In this document: piece after piece, positions 1 through 9,344 of the stretch
Numbering within the stretch: the stretch's first letter is position 1
Layout: every line of letters starts with the position of its first letter
Virus record (IMG/VR): IMGVR_UViG_3300028888_000113
Reading direction: 5' to 3' (one strand)
Source of the DNA: a virus
Taxonomy: Duplodnaviria; Heunggongvirae; Uroviricota; Caudoviricetes
DNA: 64,000 nt
Made by a program: the position numbers and the translations under genes
The notes under the pieces: generated by a model
Databases searched by the model: none
The model's input: only the letters and a program-made list of their open reading frames with translations
What the model was told of the DNA's origin: nothing

Positions 1-111
1 GAAGAAGAGTTCACTATATTATATAATAATGTACGCGACATTCTCTTCCGTGCCATCATTCCGAATATCTCTCAAGAAGAGTTTGAACGAAATCTAAAGA
101 ATTTCCTATAA
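1..111 (+). CDS. 3' end of an upstream phage gene (partial)
   Basis: Open frame from window start to TAA at 109-111 (...EEEFTILYNNVRDILFRAIIPNISQEEFERNLKNFL*), same orientation as the following early genes. Confidence 0.3.
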   Translation, partial: EEEFTILYNNVRDILFRAIIPNISQEEFERNLKNFL

Positions 112-116
112 AGAAT

Positions 117-971
117 ATGTGCAAAGGATTCAAGCAAATCTCCAACGACTTCTTTGAAAGCGACTATTGGCGTCAATCCCGTACTTACAATGATTGCGAA
201 GCTGTCCTGGATATTATCTATCAGGTCAGATTTGAGGCATCTGAGCATTCTGCTCGTATCGGAGGTCGCGAAGTTACATGGGGTCAGGCACAGTGGCCTG
301 CATCTGTGAGATTCCTTGCGGCACGTTGGCATTGGACTGAGAAAAAGGTTCGAGTATTCCTTTCTCAGTTAAGACGTAAAGGCATCATTGAGACAAGCGA
401 CTCTCAGGGTGTCAATCTTATTACCCTCAAGAAGTACCTCGTTCTTGCAGAAGAAGAAAGCAAGGGCACAGCAAAGGGCACAGAGAACGAATTGATTATC
501 AATGAGTTACAGGCTTTAAGGGCACAACTTGGGGCACAACCTATTCCAAAAGGGCACAGCAAGGGCACAAAACATGATAATGGAGAAATAGATTTATTTC
601 CCCCTTTATCCCCCAAAGGGGAAACTGTTTATGATTGGTCATTGTTATCTGATGATATGAGAGTGATTGCAGAAGAATGGCTTCAATATAAGCGCGAGAA
701 AAAGCAGACTTATAAGCCAAGCGGTTTCAAAACCTTCTGCAAGCGACTCATTCAACTCAGTGGTAATGATCCATCAAAAGCAAGGCTTATTATTGAGCAT
801 TCTATGGCCAATAATTACTCTGGTATTTTCGAATTAAAAGATAGAATAAATGAAACAGCCTCAGCAAATATCAGCAATAATCAAAAAGGACACGTTGCCG
901 ACGGCGACGTACATGAGCAGTCCATCAGAATCATTAGCCGTCTCTCAGCAGAGGGCAGCGATAGTGATTAA
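117..971 (+). CDS. Replication initiator-like protein (lambda O-like, winged-helix N-terminus) carrying internal iterons
   Basis: 284 aa. N-terminal wH-like segment (WHWTEKKVRVFLSQLRRKGIIE). Six copies of AAGGGCACA lie inside the coding sequence (464-572), as in lambda ori inside gene O. Confidence 0.45.
   Translation: MCKGFKQISNDFFESDYWRQSRTYNDCEAVLDIIYQVRFEASEHSARIGGREVTWGQAQWPASVRFLAARWHWTEKKVRVFLSQLRRKGIIETSDSQGVNLITLKKYLVLAEEESKGTAKGTENELIINELQALRAQLGAQPIPKGHSKGTKHDNGEIDLFPPLSPKGETVYDWSLLSDDMRVIAEEWLQYKREKKQTYKPSGFKTFCKRLIQLSGNDPSKARLIIEHSMANNYSGIFELKDRINETASANISNNQKGHVADGDVHEQSIRIISRLSAEGSDSD
464..572 (+). repeat. Iteron cluster (AAGGGCACA x6, direct) inside the rep-like gene
   Basis: Copies at 464, 476, 519, 532 (GGGGCACAA), 552 and 564, paired at ~12-bp spacing. 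Homologous to 61301-61380. Confidence 0.6.
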
Positions 972-1473
972 GAGGTTTGGTGATGCAGAGTCTTTCTTGA
1001 AAAAAGTCAGTCCGTCAACACAGACTGGCTTTGCAGCGCATCCTGATAATGCCATAATGGGCGATTATCCTACTCTGACAGATCTCAAGCAAGCCTACGG
1101 AAAGAACTTTGCAGCCATCTGGCTTGTTCCTCAGATTGACAATCTGACACTTTTCACTGGCGCAAAGAATATAACAGAGCAACAGCATGAGGAACTGTCT
1201 AAGATAATTGCTGCAGAATACGGCTATCTCAAAGTTACCGAGTTGCTTCTATTTTTCCATCGTTTCAAGGCAGGACACTACGGGCGCTTTTACGGATCTG
1301 TTGATCCTATGGTTATAACATGTGCCATTCGTGATTTCATCAAGGAGCGCAATATCTTCATAGATCAATATGAGCGTGAACAGAAAGAACGTGAAGCAGA
1401 ATCGAAACCGAAAGTTCCTACAATGACTCATGAAGAATGGCTTGCACTTAAACAAAATGAAGAAAAGGTATGA
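850..1473 (+). CDS. Hypothetical protein (start probably an internal Met near 913)
   Basis: 207-aa ORF overlapping the end of the rep-like gene. Its stop overlaps the start (ATGA) of a 46-aa membrane peptide. Confidence 0.35.
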   Translation: MKQPQQISAIIKKDTLPTATYMSSPSESLAVSQQRAAIVIKRFGDAESFLKKVSPSTQTGFAAHPDNAIMGDYPTLTDLKQAYGKNFAAIWLVPQIDNLTLFTGAKNITEQQHEELSKIIAAEYGYLKVTELLLFFHRFKAGHYGRFYGSVDPMVITCAIRDFIKERNIFIDQYEREQKEREAESKPKVPTMTHEEWLALKQNEEKV

Positions 1474-1846
1474 ATAGAATTGATCGCGAATATTACGAAA
1501 GACGTAATAACATACTTCACAGCAATATCATTTGTGCTATATGCCTTATTGGTCTTGTGGTAGTAGCCATTGTGCTTATTTTGTTTAAAATCTTAGGAAT
1601 AGAATGAGCAATACGGAACTTGAATGCCTGAAACTGAAACTGCAGTTGATGGTATTGCGTTCGGTTGAAGTTGAGTATTCCGGACGCACAATAGAGAATA
1701 TTATTGATAATATAGAATCAAGAATTAATCACTATGTCAAGGGCTGAATATTGGAAAGATTGGTACTGGAACAAAGGTGGACGTGAGAAAGTCCAATACT
1801 CAAGGAAAGTTCATCGGCCACTGTTTTATAATTTGGATAAGAAGCA

Positions 1847-2077
1847 ATGAAATATAATCCAATAGGATCAACCTTCAAAGAAGGTGATATAACTCTGCAA
1901 GTCAGAGAAAGCAAAGACGGTGGACGTACTTGCACTGGCTGTTGGTATGTAAGCTGGACTGGAACGAGAAATAAAAAGAAACGGAACTATCCTTATTCCT
2001 GCTGCACTCATGGCCATGCCTGTACTTCCGCATTGAGAAAAGATAGAAAACAAGTAGTATTCACAAAAATAAGTTAG
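1847..2077 (+). CDS. Small Cys-rich hypothetical protein
   Basis: 76-aa ORF in a tightly packed early operon. Its start overlaps the previous small ORF (ATGA). Confidence 0.3.
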   Translation: MKYNPIGSTFKEGDITLQVRESKDGGRTCTGCWYVSWTGTRNKKKRNYPYSCCTHGHACTSALRKDRKQVVFTKIS

Positions 2078-2081
2078 CATT

Positions 2082-2303
2082 ATGGCAAAGATTAAAGCGG
2101 ATTTTTCTGTCATCATTACGATGGCAGGGCCAGTGAAATTCTATAAGAATCAGTGCCCTCATGGTTTAAAAGCCTTCTATGGTGGAATTACAAAAGTTGG
2201 CAGTACCGAATGCCAGCTATGTCCTCATTTTGGCGGTAAGAATCAGTACCTCGTTGAAGGAACTGATCTTGTTGGTGAAGATGTAGAATGTAAACATGAA
2301 TAG
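2082..2303 (+). CDS. Small Cys-rich (zinc-ribbon-like) protein
   Basis: 73 aa with CPHG...C...CQLCPHFG, a C4-type pattern. Confidence 0.35.
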   Translation: MAKIKADFSVIITMAGPVKFYKNQCPHGLKAFYGGITKVGSTECQLCPHFGGKNQYLVEGTDLVGEDVECKHE

Positions 2304-2306
2304 TGT

Positions 2307-2588
2307 ATGGCAAAGACAATTAAAATAACTTTCTATAATCCGAAAGAACTTTGGGTAAAGTTCTGTAACTGGGTATTCTGGCCGCGACACAAGAAATGTG
2401 TTGAATGGTGTGATTATTACGATGGCGTACTTGATGCTAAAATTGTGGAAATATTGCAAGAAGAAAACGCAAAAGGTACGATTAGTGACGAAACAGCTGA
2501 ACGGCTTGAAATAGCATTAAAACATGCTAACTATCAAGTTTCGGAACTTACTGCAAAACTCATGTCAGAACAATATAAATACGAATAA
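2307..2588 (+). CDS. Hypothetical protein
   Basis: 93-aa ORF, 3-nt gap from the neighbour. Confidence 0.35.
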   Translation: MAKTIKITFYNPKELWVKFCNWVFWPRHKKCVEWCDYYDGVLDAKIVEILQEENAKGTISDETAERLEIALKHANYQVSELTAKLMSEQYKYE

Positions 2589-2593
2589 ATGGT

Positions 2594-3109
2594 ATGACAA
2601 AAGTGTATCAAAGAATAGACGATCCTCGACATGGGGATTGCTACAAATGTGCCATAGCAAGTATTCTCGATTTGGAGTATGATGATGTTCCACATTTTAT
2701 AGAATTTGGAGATGATTGGTTATTAGAGGCTCAAAAGTTCTTTAAAAAGCATGGATATGATTACTCTGGTAAAGAGTTATATAATCCAAGAGTTGCTTTT
2801 CTTGAAGACCCGACATGGAATGTATGGGAAAAAGTATGGCCATCAGACGAATGCACATTCAATGTTTTAACACCAGACATGGGCATTAACGGATTATTCC
2901 TTGCGTCCGTGTATTCGCCAAAGTACACAAATCCGAATGAACACCCTATTGACCACCTGCATAGCGTGCTTTGTGACATCAATTTCAACATTGTTTTTGA
3001 CCCACAACCAGAATACGCAAAGGTTGTAAACTATCCATACTCTCGTCTTATTGACTATAACGGAATACGCTCAGTTGATGTAATTAGAAAGTTAGGTGAT
3101 GGAAAATAG
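2594..3109 (+). CDS. Papain-like cysteine peptidase, C39-like domain protein
   Basis: GDCYKCAIASIL (Cys motif, cf. C39 CGxACLAMIL) and downstream HSVLCDINFNIVFDP (cf. C39 HFVVL...I.DP). Confidence 0.4.
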   Translation: MTKVYQRIDDPRHGDCYKCAIASILDLEYDDVPHFIEFGDDWLLEAQKFFKKHGYDYSGKELYNPRVAFLEDPTWNVWEKVWPSDECTFNVLTPDMGINGLFLASVYSPKYTNPNEHPIDHLHSVLCDINFNIVFDPQPEYAKVVNYPYSRLIDYNGIRSVDVIRKLGDGK

Positions 3110-3350
3110 TGAAGTGCGAAAGATGAAGTTCAATGTCGGTGACAAAATAAAAATCGTGAAGCCGTTCTTGCGAATGGGCCGAAATCATCTTGGCTCCGTT
3201 GGCATTGTCACAGAGCATAGATGTTACGGTGGAAGATACTCAAGAAACGAGCCTACGCATTATGTCGTTAAATTCGACTGCTATAAGGTACAGCATATCT
3301 TCATGCGGTGGGATCTCGAAGATAGTTGTGACAAAATTAATTCAGAATAA
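3096..3350 (+). CDS. Hypothetical protein
   Basis: 84-aa ORF overlapping the previous stop. Confidence 0.35.
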   Translation: MMENSEVRKMKFNVGDKIKIVKPFLRMGRNHLGSVGIVTEHRCYGGRYSRNEPTHYVVKFDCYKVQHIFMRWDLEDSCDKINSE

Positions 3351-3428
3351 TTATGTATATTGAAAATGTAACAGAACTGCTTTGTTCTATCGCAGTAATA
3401 GGCATATTGGCAGGTCTCTTTTTGGGGT

Positions 3429-3791
3429 ATGTACTGCATTACACAGGATTTTGGAAAAACAAATAGAGTATGGCAAATATGTGTACTGCAGGTTTGCGTA
3501 AATGTAAGGACTGCTATTATTTCGATAATGGCTGGTGTTGTTGGAAAGGCCGTGAAACACATGGTGCAAGTACCGAGTGTGATGACGGCTGGTGTGATCC
3601 TGAACAATTTAAAGATATGCAAGGATATGGCAATATTTGAATGTACGAGACGTGCACAGTGTCGTGACTGTCAGCACATAACAAAAGAACTTCATGGTAT
3701 GGTATATTGGAGTTTCTGCAAGCTGACAGGCAAGCGAATATCTCCAAGAGATCTATCGTGTGGTAAATTTTTATGGGAGGGCTATAGATGA
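3429..3791 (+). CDS. Cys-rich hypothetical protein (true start may be internal)
   Basis: 120-aa ORF. C-terminal C..C...C..C cluster (CTRRAQCRDCQ...C). Confidence 0.3.
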   Translation: MYCITQDFGKTNRVWQICVLQVCVNVRTAIISIMAGVVGKAVKHMVQVPSVMTAGVILNNLKICKDMAIFECTRRAQCRDCQHITKELHGMVYWSFCKLTGKRISPRDLSCGKFLWEGYR

Positions 3792-3985
3792 ATTTCCGTC
3801 AGGCAAAGAAAATCGTGCATGGCAATAGTTCTGTGCATAAGAAATACAGAAAGCGCAGACCGCCTTATATCAATGAGGAAGGTCAGAGTGTCTGGCCCTC
3901 GATACATGATGTTGACATCATCCGCAGGGCTATGAGAGTGTTTCTACATCATTATAAAAAACATAAAAAGAAAGATCTATCATGA
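3788..3985 (+). CDS. Small basic hypothetical protein
   Basis: 65 aa, K/R/H-rich, overlapping stop/start with neighbours. Confidence 0.25.
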   Translation: MNFRQAKKIVHGNSSVHKKYRKRRPPYINEEGQSVWPSIHDVDIIRRAMRVFLHHYKKHKKKDLS

Positions 3986-4383
3986 GAGAAATTAGATTCA
4001 GGGCAAAAACTATTGTCCGTAAGCAATGGGCGCATGGCTCATTGATTTCGTACCCCGATGGATCTGCAGACATTCATGGCGTGGATATTCTGAGAACAGG
4101 AAGCCAGCGCATTGAATTTATGCAGGTGGATCGTGATACTGCGTGTCAGTTTACAGGTTACTATGATAAGAACTGCAAAGAGATCTATGAAGGTGACATC
4201 ATCAAGTGTTGCAAAGGACAAAAGCGTAAATCTCCGTCCGACGAGTGGGAAGATGATAATGAATACTACATTGTCGAATATAAAGGTGGTGGTTTCTCTG
4301 GTGTTTCGGCGTGGTGCCGTAGTTTGAATGCAGTTGAAGTGATTGGTAACAAATATGATAATCCGAATTTTGAAATAAGATAA
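3982..4383 (+). CDS. YopX-family phage protein
   Basis: MREIRFRAKT... N-terminus and C-terminal VIGNKYDNPNF match YopX hallmarks (IKFRAW...VIGNIyENPEL). Confidence 0.6.
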   Translation: MREIRFRAKTIVRKQWAHGSLISYPDGSADIHGVDILRTGSQRIEFMQVDRDTACQFTGYYDKNCKEIYEGDIIKCCKGQKRKSPSDEWEDDNEYYIVEYKGGGFSGVSAWCRSLNAVEVIGNKYDNPNFEIR

Positions 4384-4386
4384 TTT

Positions 4387-4956
4387 ATGAGACCGACAAA
4401 AGAACAATTACAGAGTTGGGCCAGACGGATCCATGCAAATGCTACGGCACACGGCTGGCACGAAGAAGAAAAGCCAGGTTATCACTGGCTTGGAATGGTT
4501 ATGACCGAGGTGGCAGAAGCTATTGAGGCTGACAGAAAAGGACGTAGATTCTCAGAAGAAGCAAAAGAGAAATATCTTGCCGTTACAACAGATAGCGAAG
4601 GTTATCATGTTACTGTTGCCATCATGAAAATGGCCTATGAGGATTACGTCAAAGGAACTGTTGAGGAAGAGTTTGCAGACATCTGTATTCGTATTCTCGA
4701 TACTGCATATGAACTTCATAGAGAAAACATGAATTGGTATGGTGGAGAATATCAGCCTTGCACTCGCTCTTTCACCGTTCAGGCATTTGTACTTGTGAAG
4801 GAAATTCTGAATACAGGCATGATGAATCTTACTGAGGCTATCTATTACATGTTTGCATGGGCAGAACGTCTTGGAATAGATCTCGCTTGGCATATCGAGC
4901 AGAAGATGGTGTATAACGAACTCCGTTCTTATAAGCATGGGGGTAAAGCATATTAA
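4387..4956 (+). CDS. MazG-like nucleotide pyrophosphohydrolase
   Basis: All-alpha pattern: TEVAEAIEA...EEFADICIRILDTAYEL...GIDLAWHIEQKMVYNELR resembles the MazG NTP-PPase EExxE/D motifs. Confidence 0.5.
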   Translation: MRPTKEQLQSWARRIHANATAHGWHEEEKPGYHWLGMVMTEVAEAIEADRKGRRFSEEAKEKYLAVTTDSEGYHVTVAIMKMAYEDYVKGTVEEEFADICIRILDTAYELHRENMNWYGGEYQPCTRSFTVQAFVLVKEILNTGMMNLTEAIYYMFAWAERLGIDLAWHIEQKMVYNELRSYKHGGKAY

Positions 4957-4958
4957 TC

Positions 4959-5354
4959 ATGGAAATAACCGAATTAATGATTGGCAATCTCGTTGTGTAC
5001 TTCAATGGAGAAACGCCTGTGTTTGTAGTAGTAAGAAAGATTAATGGTGATGATGGAATCGTGTGCTTGCGCCAGAGCGATGGCCATGTATTCAATACCA
5101 CTATTGAATATCTTCTACCCATTCCTGTTACGGCTGATATTCTCAAGCATAATTTTCCTAATGCAATAGATTCAGGTGATCTAATCTGGTGGCCGTTAGA
5201 AAACTCAGGCAAATTCTGTGTATCATTCAGTAAGACTGATCCTGAGAATACGAGCAAGTATATTCATAAATATAGTGGTACCTGTAAGTACGTCCATCAG
5301 CTACAGAACATTCTTCATCATTGTGGTAGGAATGACAAAATTTCTCTCCCGTAG
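4959..5354 (+). CDS. Hypothetical protein
   Basis: 131-aa ORF, 3-nt gap. Confidence 0.35.
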   Translation: MEITELMIGNLVVYFNGETPVFVVVRKINGDDGIVCLRQSDGHVFNTTIEYLLPIPVTADILKHNFPNAIDSGDLIWWPLENSGKFCVSFSKTDPENTSKYIHKYSGTCKYVHQLQNILHHCGRNDKISLP

Positions 5355-5375
5355 TAAAACCAAAATTAATATAAC

Positions 5376-6230
5376 ATGGAAGAAATAATTATCAACGGAA
5401 AAGCTCTCTACACACCGAAAGGTGCTGCAAGAGAGTATGCGGCAGTCGGGTGTAACTTCTACACTGGCTGTCCGCATAACTGCAGCTATTGCTATCTCAA
5501 GCGTGGTGTACTCAGCCATTCAATGGGTGGAACTGATGTAAAATTGAAATCATGCTTCAAAGGAGATATTAAAAATGCTATTAAAGTGTTTATCCATGAA
5601 TGCAATAAGTACATGGACTATCTGATGGAAACAGGAATATTCTTTTCTTTCAGTACAGATCCGTGTATTAACGAAACGATGCAACTTACATGGATGGCTT
5701 TGGAGCACTGTAACTCAAATAACATTCCTGCAATATTGCTCACTAAGAATGCAAAATTCCCTTTCTATGATGGATTTTATCAGCATTTCTTGAATGACAG
5801 TAATACGAAGAAGGAATTATTTCATTTCGGATTCACTCTCACAGGGCGTGACGATATGGAACCAGGAGCTACGACAAACTTAGAGCGTATTCAAGCAATG
5901 GAGTATCTGAAATGTATTGGATTCAAGACGTGGGCCTCCATCGAGCCTATCATAGATTTCAACAGTTCACTTTCTGTTATTGAGAAATCAATTAAGTGGT
6001 GCGATCATTACAAAATAGGTCTTCGTAGTGGAGTAAGTAAGGATTACTATGATCTTGATGAACTCACGGAATTTGTCTGTGCTGTAAATGACGAGGTTGA
6101 AGTTGCCAAAAGAGATTATGCCAGATCTCCAACGGTGTACTGGAAAGAGTCTGTAAAAAAGGTGTGTAAGATTCCTCATGTATATCCTGGGTATTGGGGT
6201 CATGTCGTAGGAAAAGATTATATATGGTAA
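5376..6230 (+). CDS. Radical SAM domain protein
   Basis: CPHNCSYC = CX3CX2C 4Fe-4S/SAM cluster motif near the N-terminus. 284 aa. Confidence 0.55.
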   Translation: MEEIIINGKALYTPKGAAREYAAVGCNFYTGCPHNCSYCYLKRGVLSHSMGGTDVKLKSCFKGDIKNAIKVFIHECNKYMDYLMETGIFFSFSTDPCINETMQLTWMALEHCNSNNIPAILLTKNAKFPFYDGFYQHFLNDSNTKKELFHFGFTLTGRDDMEPGATTNLERIQAMEYLKCIGFKTWASIEPIIDFNSSLSVIEKSIKWCDHYKIGLRSGVSKDYYDLDELTEFVCAVNDEVEVAKRDYARSPTVYWKESVKKVCKIPHVYPGYWGHVVGKDYIW

Positions 6231-6231
6231 T

Positions 6232-6618
6232 ATGATACAAGGATTCACAGAACAAACCGAACCTCTGACTGAGTATGAAGAGCAGACTCTTCTGCCTCAG
6301 CTCGTCAGAGGTCTTCGGACCAAAGTAGGTAGGGCTATGTCCGTTACGAATAAGGCCATCATTGACGGAATGAAGCGTAATCTTGGACTTTCCATCAGTG
6401 ATGCCCGTGTCAGAAAACTGATAAACCATATCCGTAATAACGATTTGGTGCCATGTCTCATAGCAACGAGTCAGGGCTATTATATAGCGGAGTCTGAGCA
6501 AGAACTCAAAGACTACGAAGATTCTCTTTTGGGCCGTGAAGAGGCAATCCGTTCTGTCCGGCTATCTATTCAGCGGCAACGTAAACGTAAATATTCAAAT
6601 CAACAGTCATTATTTTAA
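6232..6618 (+). CDS. Hypothetical protein (possible wH DNA-binding)
   Basis: 128-aa ORF immediately after the radical SAM gene. Confidence 0.35.
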   Translation: MIQGFTEQTEPLTEYEEQTLLPQLVRGLRTKVGRAMSVTNKAIIDGMKRNLGLSISDARVRKLINHIRNNDLVPCLIATSQGYYIAESEQELKDYEDSLLGREEAIRSVRLSIQRQRKRKYSNQQSLF

Positions 6619-7049
6619 TGAAAGAAACAGTAAAAGTGGAGCCAGGTATAGGCTCAGTTCCAGTGATCAAGACGCAGTATTGGTATGTTAGATCCAACTA
6701 CATGCAGGATCATTTCGTTGTGCAAGAAACAGAGTGGGTTGGTGGAATATCCGATTTATTCAGACTTGCAAAGGGAAACGTGTATCTGACAGAGAAAGAA
6801 GCAAATGAAGTCGCTACAACACTCAATGACCGACTTGATTCACTAAAGTCTATCTCTGAGAATGCCCGACAGAGGGAAATGCTCTTAGAAGAGAAAGCAC
6901 GCAAGAAAGCCGAAGCTGCTGAGCGTAAGCGTCTGCGTGAAGAAAGCAAGAGGTCTCTTGACCAGAAAGAACGAGAGCAGCAGTATGAGAACAACAAGAA
7001 GAAACGTGAGGCAAAGAAAAAAAGCCCACACCCAGATATTATTGTATAA
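6618..7049 (+). CDS. Coiled-coil K/R/E-rich protein
   Basis: 143 aa. C-terminal half is a charged coiled coil (ARKKAEAAERKRLREESKRSLDQKEREQQ...). Confidence 0.4.
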   Translation: MKETVKVEPGIGSVPVIKTQYWYVRSNYMQDHFVVQETEWVGGISDLFRLAKGNVYLTEKEANEVATTLNDRLDSLKSISENARQREMLLEEKARKKAEAAERKRLREESKRSLDQKEREQQYENNKKKREAKKKSPHPDIIV

Positions 7050-7068
7050 CTTTTAAATTTAGTTCATC

Positions 7069-7266
7069 ATGGATTCAAAAGAAGAAGTAAAGAATGCAGT
7101 CCACAGTCTTGTGGAAATGTTGGAGGAAGCTGCTAACGTGGCTCGTCGTAACTATGATGCCGCAAAGGTATCTCTTGACGAAGAAGCTGTAAAGAAGTAC
7201 GAAAATCTGTCTATGAGCATCTGCTTCGACTTGCTCAAGGCATCAGAACTTGATAACGAACTTTGA
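7069..7266 (+). CDS. Hypothetical small protein
   Basis: 65-aa ORF. Confidence 0.3.
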   Translation: MDSKEEVKNAVHSLVEMLEEAANVARRNYDAAKVSLDEEAVKKYENLSMSICFDLLKASELDNEL

Positions 7267-7573
7267 TATGGCACTCGGAAAGCAAAGACCTCAAGCCAAG
7301 AACAAGCTTCCAGTAAATAAGAATGTTCTGGCTGCTATAGTAGCGGTTATTATTGCTGCCATCGCCTTTTTCAACATGCGTCCGTCTGAAAACATTATCA
7401 CAACCAAGTTTGTAGATAACTATGGCCACATGATGCGGATTGAAGAGAAAGATGGCATTAAGAGCATCGTTGATGATCCTGAATGCAAGAAGTGTCAGAA
7501 GATCACCCACGATATTACGGTAGATGCAATAATATGTGCCTTCGACTCTATGGAGGTGCGCATTGTGCCATGA
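7250..7573 (+). CDS. Membrane-anchored hypothetical protein
   Basis: 107 aa with one N-terminal TM segment (VLAAIVAVIIAAIAFF). Confidence 0.35.
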   Translation: MITNFDMALGKQRPQAKNKLPVNKNVLAAIVAVIIAAIAFFNMRPSENIITTKFVDNYGHMMRIEEKDGIKSIVDDPECKKCQKITHDITVDAIICAFDSMEVRIVP

Positions 7574-7575
7574 CT

Positions 7576-7623
7576 AAAAAGGCTATGCCTATCCATCATC
7601 GGACTGGCATAGCCTTAAAAAAA
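7576..7623. terminator. Bidirectional rho-independent terminator between convergent gene blocks
   Basis: 11-bp stem AAGGCTATGCC/GGCATAGCCTT (7579-7589/7606-7616) flanked by A5 upstream and A8 downstream, so there is a U-run on both strands. Confidence 0.7.
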
Positions 7624-7658
7624 CTACTAACTATTACTAACCATATTGATATGACTGG

Positions 7659-8282
7659 CTACCGCTGTAGCCTTCCAATTATCAACTTAATAAGCATAAA
7701 TACTAATACGAAAATAATCACACCAATTATTGCATCGGCAAAGAATGTGGAGATTCTTTGTCTGAGGCTTTGCCCTTTCTCCACCTCCACGTTTTTTTCT
7801 TTCTGAGCAATGTTACTAATCGAATCGTACATTGCCTTGTAATGGCATACGGAATCTGAGAGATGCCTGAATATGCCGAGTGAATCCTCAAGGATTTTTT
7901 CTCGTTCAGACTTTTCCCTCAGCGTTTCCCTTAACCAGTGGTATTCCTTTTTGCCTATTACATTCCCGTTCTGATCGACAACAGTAACCGTTGAGTCCTT
8001 TTTTTCTGTGTGTGACTCCGTATGTGTCTTCTCCTTTTCCTTCTCTTTCGTGCTATGCTCTATCTTTGTGGTGTCACCATGAGATACTGAGACATCAGCC
8101 GAATCTTTCTTGATCTCAGTATTATTCTCTTTGTATGACTCTGCAGATGTAATTGTTTTGCAACTGACAAAGCACATTAGGACAATGAAGAAGATCACAC
8201 AATACATCAGCGTAGGACCACAACCATTGCCGAGACCGCCCATCTGCATATTCCTATACATTTCAAAGTCTTCTCTGTTCAT
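7659..8282 (-). CDS. Unimolecular-spanin-like lipoprotein (N-terminal lipobox, C-terminal TM)
   Basis: N-terminal signal ending LMCFVSC (lipobox), charged K/E-rich middle, C-terminal TM IIGVIIFVLVFMLIKLII. Adjacent to membrane and PG-enzyme genes. Confidence 0.35.
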   Translation of the reverse strand: MNREDFEMYRNMQMGGLGNGCGPTLMYCVIFFIVLMCFVSCKTITSAESYKENNTEIKKDSADVSVSHGDTTKIEHSTKEKEKEKTHTESHTEKKDSTVTVVDQNGNVIGKKEYHWLRETLREKSEREKILEDSLGIFRHLSDSVCHYKAMYDSISNIAQKEKNVEVEKGQSLRQRISTFFADAIIGVIIFVLVFMLIKLIIGRLQR

Positions 8283-8283
8283 A

Positions 8284-8742
8284 TCACTCGATTTTAATGA
8301 ATATCAAACCTTTGGCCTCTCTCAGCCTTGAATACAACTTTGTGAAGGTCCGCGTCGAATTGATGACCTGACCCACGACCTTGTTCTCTCCCACGAGGAT
8401 GCAACCTGACGAATCCTTTGCGGTGTTGCCGATGTGGATCAGTACGCCCTCGAAGCATGGCACATTCAAGAGACGGGGCAGATAGCCTTTGCAGAAAGCA
8501 TATTGGGCTTTCTTCTTGAATCGCTCTGACTGCACACCCAATGTCACCTGATAGCGGCCTGTTGGGATGGCTGTCTCGTTCTGTATCTTCTTACGTTTGT
8601 TGGTGACGTAGGCATCGGTCTGTTTCAGTCCTCTGTCGCAGTCCTCGATGGTGTCACAGAAATATTCTCCGTCTATGTACAGACGGCCAATCGTGTAGGT
8701 TTTCTTTCTTGCTATTCTTTTCAGATATAAATCCATATTCAA
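8284..8742 (-). CDS. Putative peptidoglycan-acting enzyme (YkuD-like L,D-transpeptidase-fold motif)
   Basis: IHIGNTAKDSSGCILVG fits the H-x(n)-S-x-G-C active-site pattern of the YkuD fold. Position in the putative lysis cassette. Confidence 0.35.
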   Translation of the reverse strand: MNMDLYLKRIARKKTYTIGRLYIDGEYFCDTIEDCDRGLKQTDAYVTNKRKKIQNETAIPTGRYQVTLGVQSERFKKKAQYAFCKGYLPRLLNVPCFEGVLIHIGNTAKDSSGCILVGENKVVGQVINSTRTFTKLYSRLREAKGLIFIKIE

Positions 8743-9344
8743 TCCTCCATGATTTTCTCTTCGTCGTAAACTTCTGTCTCATGATGATGTTCGTGATGAC
8801 CATGATGATGATCACGGCCAAGATTTTCAACAGCATCGCCAATGTCCTCACTCTTTATTCTGATAAGCCTTCCGAAGAAACGGGCGAAAGCCTTCCATCC
8901 GTCAACCATACTGATCTCAACACCCATCTTGACATAGGCAATGTGGCCGATGATACTTGCAATCTCACAAGCACAACCGAGACCTAATCCAATGGCAGCA
9001 GTCCACACATGAGAGCAAATATCCATAGGTTCAGTAATGGCAAGACCGATCAAGGCACCTACAACAAGATATGTCAGATAGTCAACAATCTTGTTGGCTG
9101 TTCTTCTGCCAGCCCTCGACTTATGCCATCTCCACTTGTCAATGCCAATCTCGTTGTTGTCCTTCTTGGCTTTCTCGTAGCGCATACTACTTTCAGAATA
9201 TCCCCACCACAGATCAGCCAGTATCAATGCAAATGAGCAGATGATCATATAACGAAGGTCATACACCACTGCCAGCAACTCCGCACTGATACTGGCCCAT
9301 ATAATCCCCTTTGGTCCTACTGATGAATCCATAAACCAAATCAT
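8739..9344 (-). CDS. Multi-pass membrane protein with His-rich C-terminus (holin candidate)
   Basis: Several TM segments. C-terminal HHHGHHEHHHE tail. Overlapping starts and stops with neighbours. Confidence 0.35.
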   Translation of the reverse strand: MIWFMDSSVGPKGIIWASISAELLAVVYDLRYMIICSFALILADLWWGYSESSMRYEKAKKDNNEIGIDKWRWHKSRAGRRTANKIVDYLTYLVVGALIGLAITEPMDICSHVWTAAIGLGLGCACEIASIIGHIAYVKMGVEISMVDGWKAFARFFGRLIRIKSEDIGDAVENLGRDHHHGHHEHHHETEVYDEEKIMED

